Source of the DNA: a virus
Taxonomy: Duplodnaviria > Heunggongvirae > Uroviricota > Caudoviricetes
Strand: one strand, 5' to 3'
Length of the DNA stretch: 50,465 nt
Virus record (IMG/VR): IMGVR_UViG_3300025000_000056
The position numbers were made by a program, and so were the translations under genes. Shown in pieces: positions 49,701 to 50,465 of the stretch. Under the pieces are notes generated by a model that had not been told where the DNA came from, searched no databases, and saw nothing but the letters and a program-made list of their open reading frames with translations. The stretch's first letter is position 1, and every line of letters starts with the position of its first letter.

Positions 49701-50464
49701 ACCTTACCTCTGGCAAAGACCTTTTCAGCAATAAAGCGAGCTTCTGCCTCAGGTATGTCTACGGAAGCACTAGTGACAAAGGCATCCATTGCTTGATTAG
49801 ATTGTTGTCGGCGTGTATTGACTAAGTCATCAATATCAATAATAGCCTTGCCTTCGGTATTAACTCTATGCTTAAAAAGTTCATACCAAGGCCAGTCGGC
49901 TTTAGCAAAGTTAGCACCAACTAAAACGTTGTCTTTTAATGCCGTGTCCAACTCATACATCGCTTCGGGTAACGTATATTTAGCATTTTCAGTTAAGTGA
50001 CTTATTCCGGCCTTAGCGTCGGTCTTTAACTGATCCAACAAATCCTTATTAAGCTTAAGATCTTTATTGGCCCAATCGGCCTTTTTGTCCGGAGCATACT
50101 TGGCAATGTTGCGCATAAACCATTGATCTTCATCCTTAGCAAGATCCAATTTATCGAGATCATTTAAGTGTGATTGCATCGCATCACTAGGTTTAATCAT
50201 CATACTCAACTGACCATCATTTTGCAGGACGCCATTTTCTAAGTGTCGATACTGTAAGGCAATCTCCGTTGGATGAATCCAGGCATCTTGATTTGCCATG
50301 GCAACTTTAGGCTTGACAAATCCAGTTGTCTCAAAATCGACACCGACCATTTGATGACCTTGATTGACTAAATCCATACTGCCAATGATCGTACTTGGGT
50401 TTACTTTCATCCGTTCAATGGGTGTCATCTTAGTTAAGTCGTCAAATCCAGCACCTAAGTCACG
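46799..50464 (-). CDS. 5'-truncated large virion-associated protein with DEDDh (DnaQ-like) exonuclease domain, ExoX-C-like motif and C-terminal hydrophobic helix
   Basis: The frame stays open from ATG 50428 to the window edge (RDLGAGFDDLTK-M) with no clear RBS. Exo motifs VGVDFETTG, LVGANFAKAD, YLDT, HDLA, AHEAMND. Also GEYSGSKLSELPRTYM and GIIGLGIGAVALAGLVL. Confidence 0.75.
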   Translation of the reverse strand, partial: RDLGAGFDDLTKMTPIERMKVNPSTIIGSMDLVNQGHQMVGVDFETTGFVKPKVAMANQDAWIHPTEIALQYRHLENGVLQNDGQLSMMIKPSDAMQSHLNDLDKLDLAKDEDQWFMRNIAKYAPDKKADWANKDLKLNKDLLDQLKTDAKAGISHLTENAKYTLPEAMYELDTALKDNVLVGANFAKADWPWYELFKHRVNTEGKAIIDIDDLVNTRRQQSNQAMDAFVTSASVDIPEAEARFIAEKVFARGKVFTNKNTKLLSDDLRKSLTEISTMGRRNNYLSQVVNQLAQGNVEKAKALKGPNRAGPIKKEIVDAINERTGLTKTAGYLDTQIMSRWLNQDERHHDLASVIKRETGSVLTGAHEAMNDVQGMMDATDSLVNKFMAKFKHEKVQPGDWFAKLSVQYDNVPLGTYQVGDDGVYEVKPKIKGHKSTYAMDLLAPEDPLNKEAKRRKYTIQGKSKSEIQAKLNKNYLYGSKEEAEQFADYLTWDHARRQSEKLNNYDEIMRTKRHIAMAKKSPIDSTEFGGIYEDLEVKAAQERFQSKYDIKTGDLTNLGLVDQVEQDFRNGKPVTLQDKALAVNAHRFDPEYGIYQSQTHLSHNQLQNLSNMEELMNSDEMTFRETTHRKVRALEESRVINRDEAAEIIANMNAEIKANGSRPKTKVHGVVDLGQIGRTESSKTMMGSLLDIQGEEFSMAAATPKQASQGIWSIAGDLSKQYIDRGIDEGTALRYALRRQVMPALRKRFDLKSNKVDTLAKQISQMVMNGEVKNLKTGETVDPFVMADDLTKPVTLNKDTTWDQINERLFKDINANITDLQKTRVEQSMSILDSNLPLYTRSVTDYGDIDSHLPMQGDGTASKYLKDLDDTLSTVLDKDLHTRNWEKARDAAYNLRSTIYNGAPIADAHAESLRIDAAVKSGHYSPEFSTEVGNFDKASTEMQRQLYGDMTYLGQGEYSGSKLSELPRTYMQKVIEDPTYKYSSIKNAIQRYVNLTPDGPDNKGAVQRRYVPEPITRRLREEIGISQEELEAGFRNGNKRDRQIVAEAIAKVNRPLVETMKDGLNHPKGLISNTISDLTRGSFRMPEFHMPERTGIIGLGIGAVALAGLVLKNSIRQDKNTPGSRPNGEVPTGDSNYIPPPPSPPQQPVAHVETKGEGLDGYHIKVSAKNSVGVSNDHIGNTISRGMQESTGVAQVNINSKDDHQAFSMDFVRNMFTNLI

Positions 50465-50465
50465 A

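Noticed and set aside
984-50000. Short (60-97 aa) + strand and nested - strand ORFs in the track
   Set aside because: They lie within or across long, motif-bearing minus-strand genes, lack recognisable motifs and look like shadow ORFs.
1-50465. Genome-wide stop-codon reassignment (TGA=Trp/Gly or TAG=Gln) as an explanation of the PAAR TGA
   Set aside because: Very long ORFs are intact in code 11, TGG encodes Trp throughout, and both TGA and TAG end genes right next to the following RBS or start.
1-50465. CRISPR array, tRNA (including tRNA-Sec), rRNA, IS elements, introns or inteins
   Set aside because: Intergenic gaps are under ~100 bp, and I saw no regular repeat-spacer pattern, cloverleaf, transposase, homing endonuclease or intein motif. 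Any Sec machinery would have to be outside the window or in the host.

Overview
All credible genes lie on the minus strand as one tightly packed, translationally coupled block with strong Bacillota-type Shine-Dalgarno sites (AGGAGG/GAGGTGA). The content fits the tail, baseplate and adsorption module of a large contractile-tailed phage or prophage of a Gram-positive host. In transcription order (high to low coordinates): a 5'-truncated large protein carrying a DEDDh exonuclease-like domain; a 1707-aa hub/tail lysin (phage tail lysozyme plus M23 peptidase); a split spike (OB-fold gene plus beta-strand gene); a PAAR spike-tip gene missing from the ORF track; gp25/W-like and baseplate J-like genes; a combinatorial set of modular adhesins up to 2945 aa (SPRY, FN3, beta-rich repeats, GFRPVL-ending lectin-like folds with inserted F5/8-C domains); a permuted NlpC/P60 enzyme; a 2700-aa baseplate/fibre protein; several FN3 proteins; and a 3'-truncated FN3-repeat gene also missing from the track. 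Top finding: the PAAR gene (40467-40817) has an in-frame TGA at codon 25 inside its His/Cys metal-binding loop, followed immediately by a GC-rich hairpin that fits the bacterial SECIS consensus. This makes it a candidate phage structural selenoprotein. All protein assignments come from motif recognition by eye; no database search was run.
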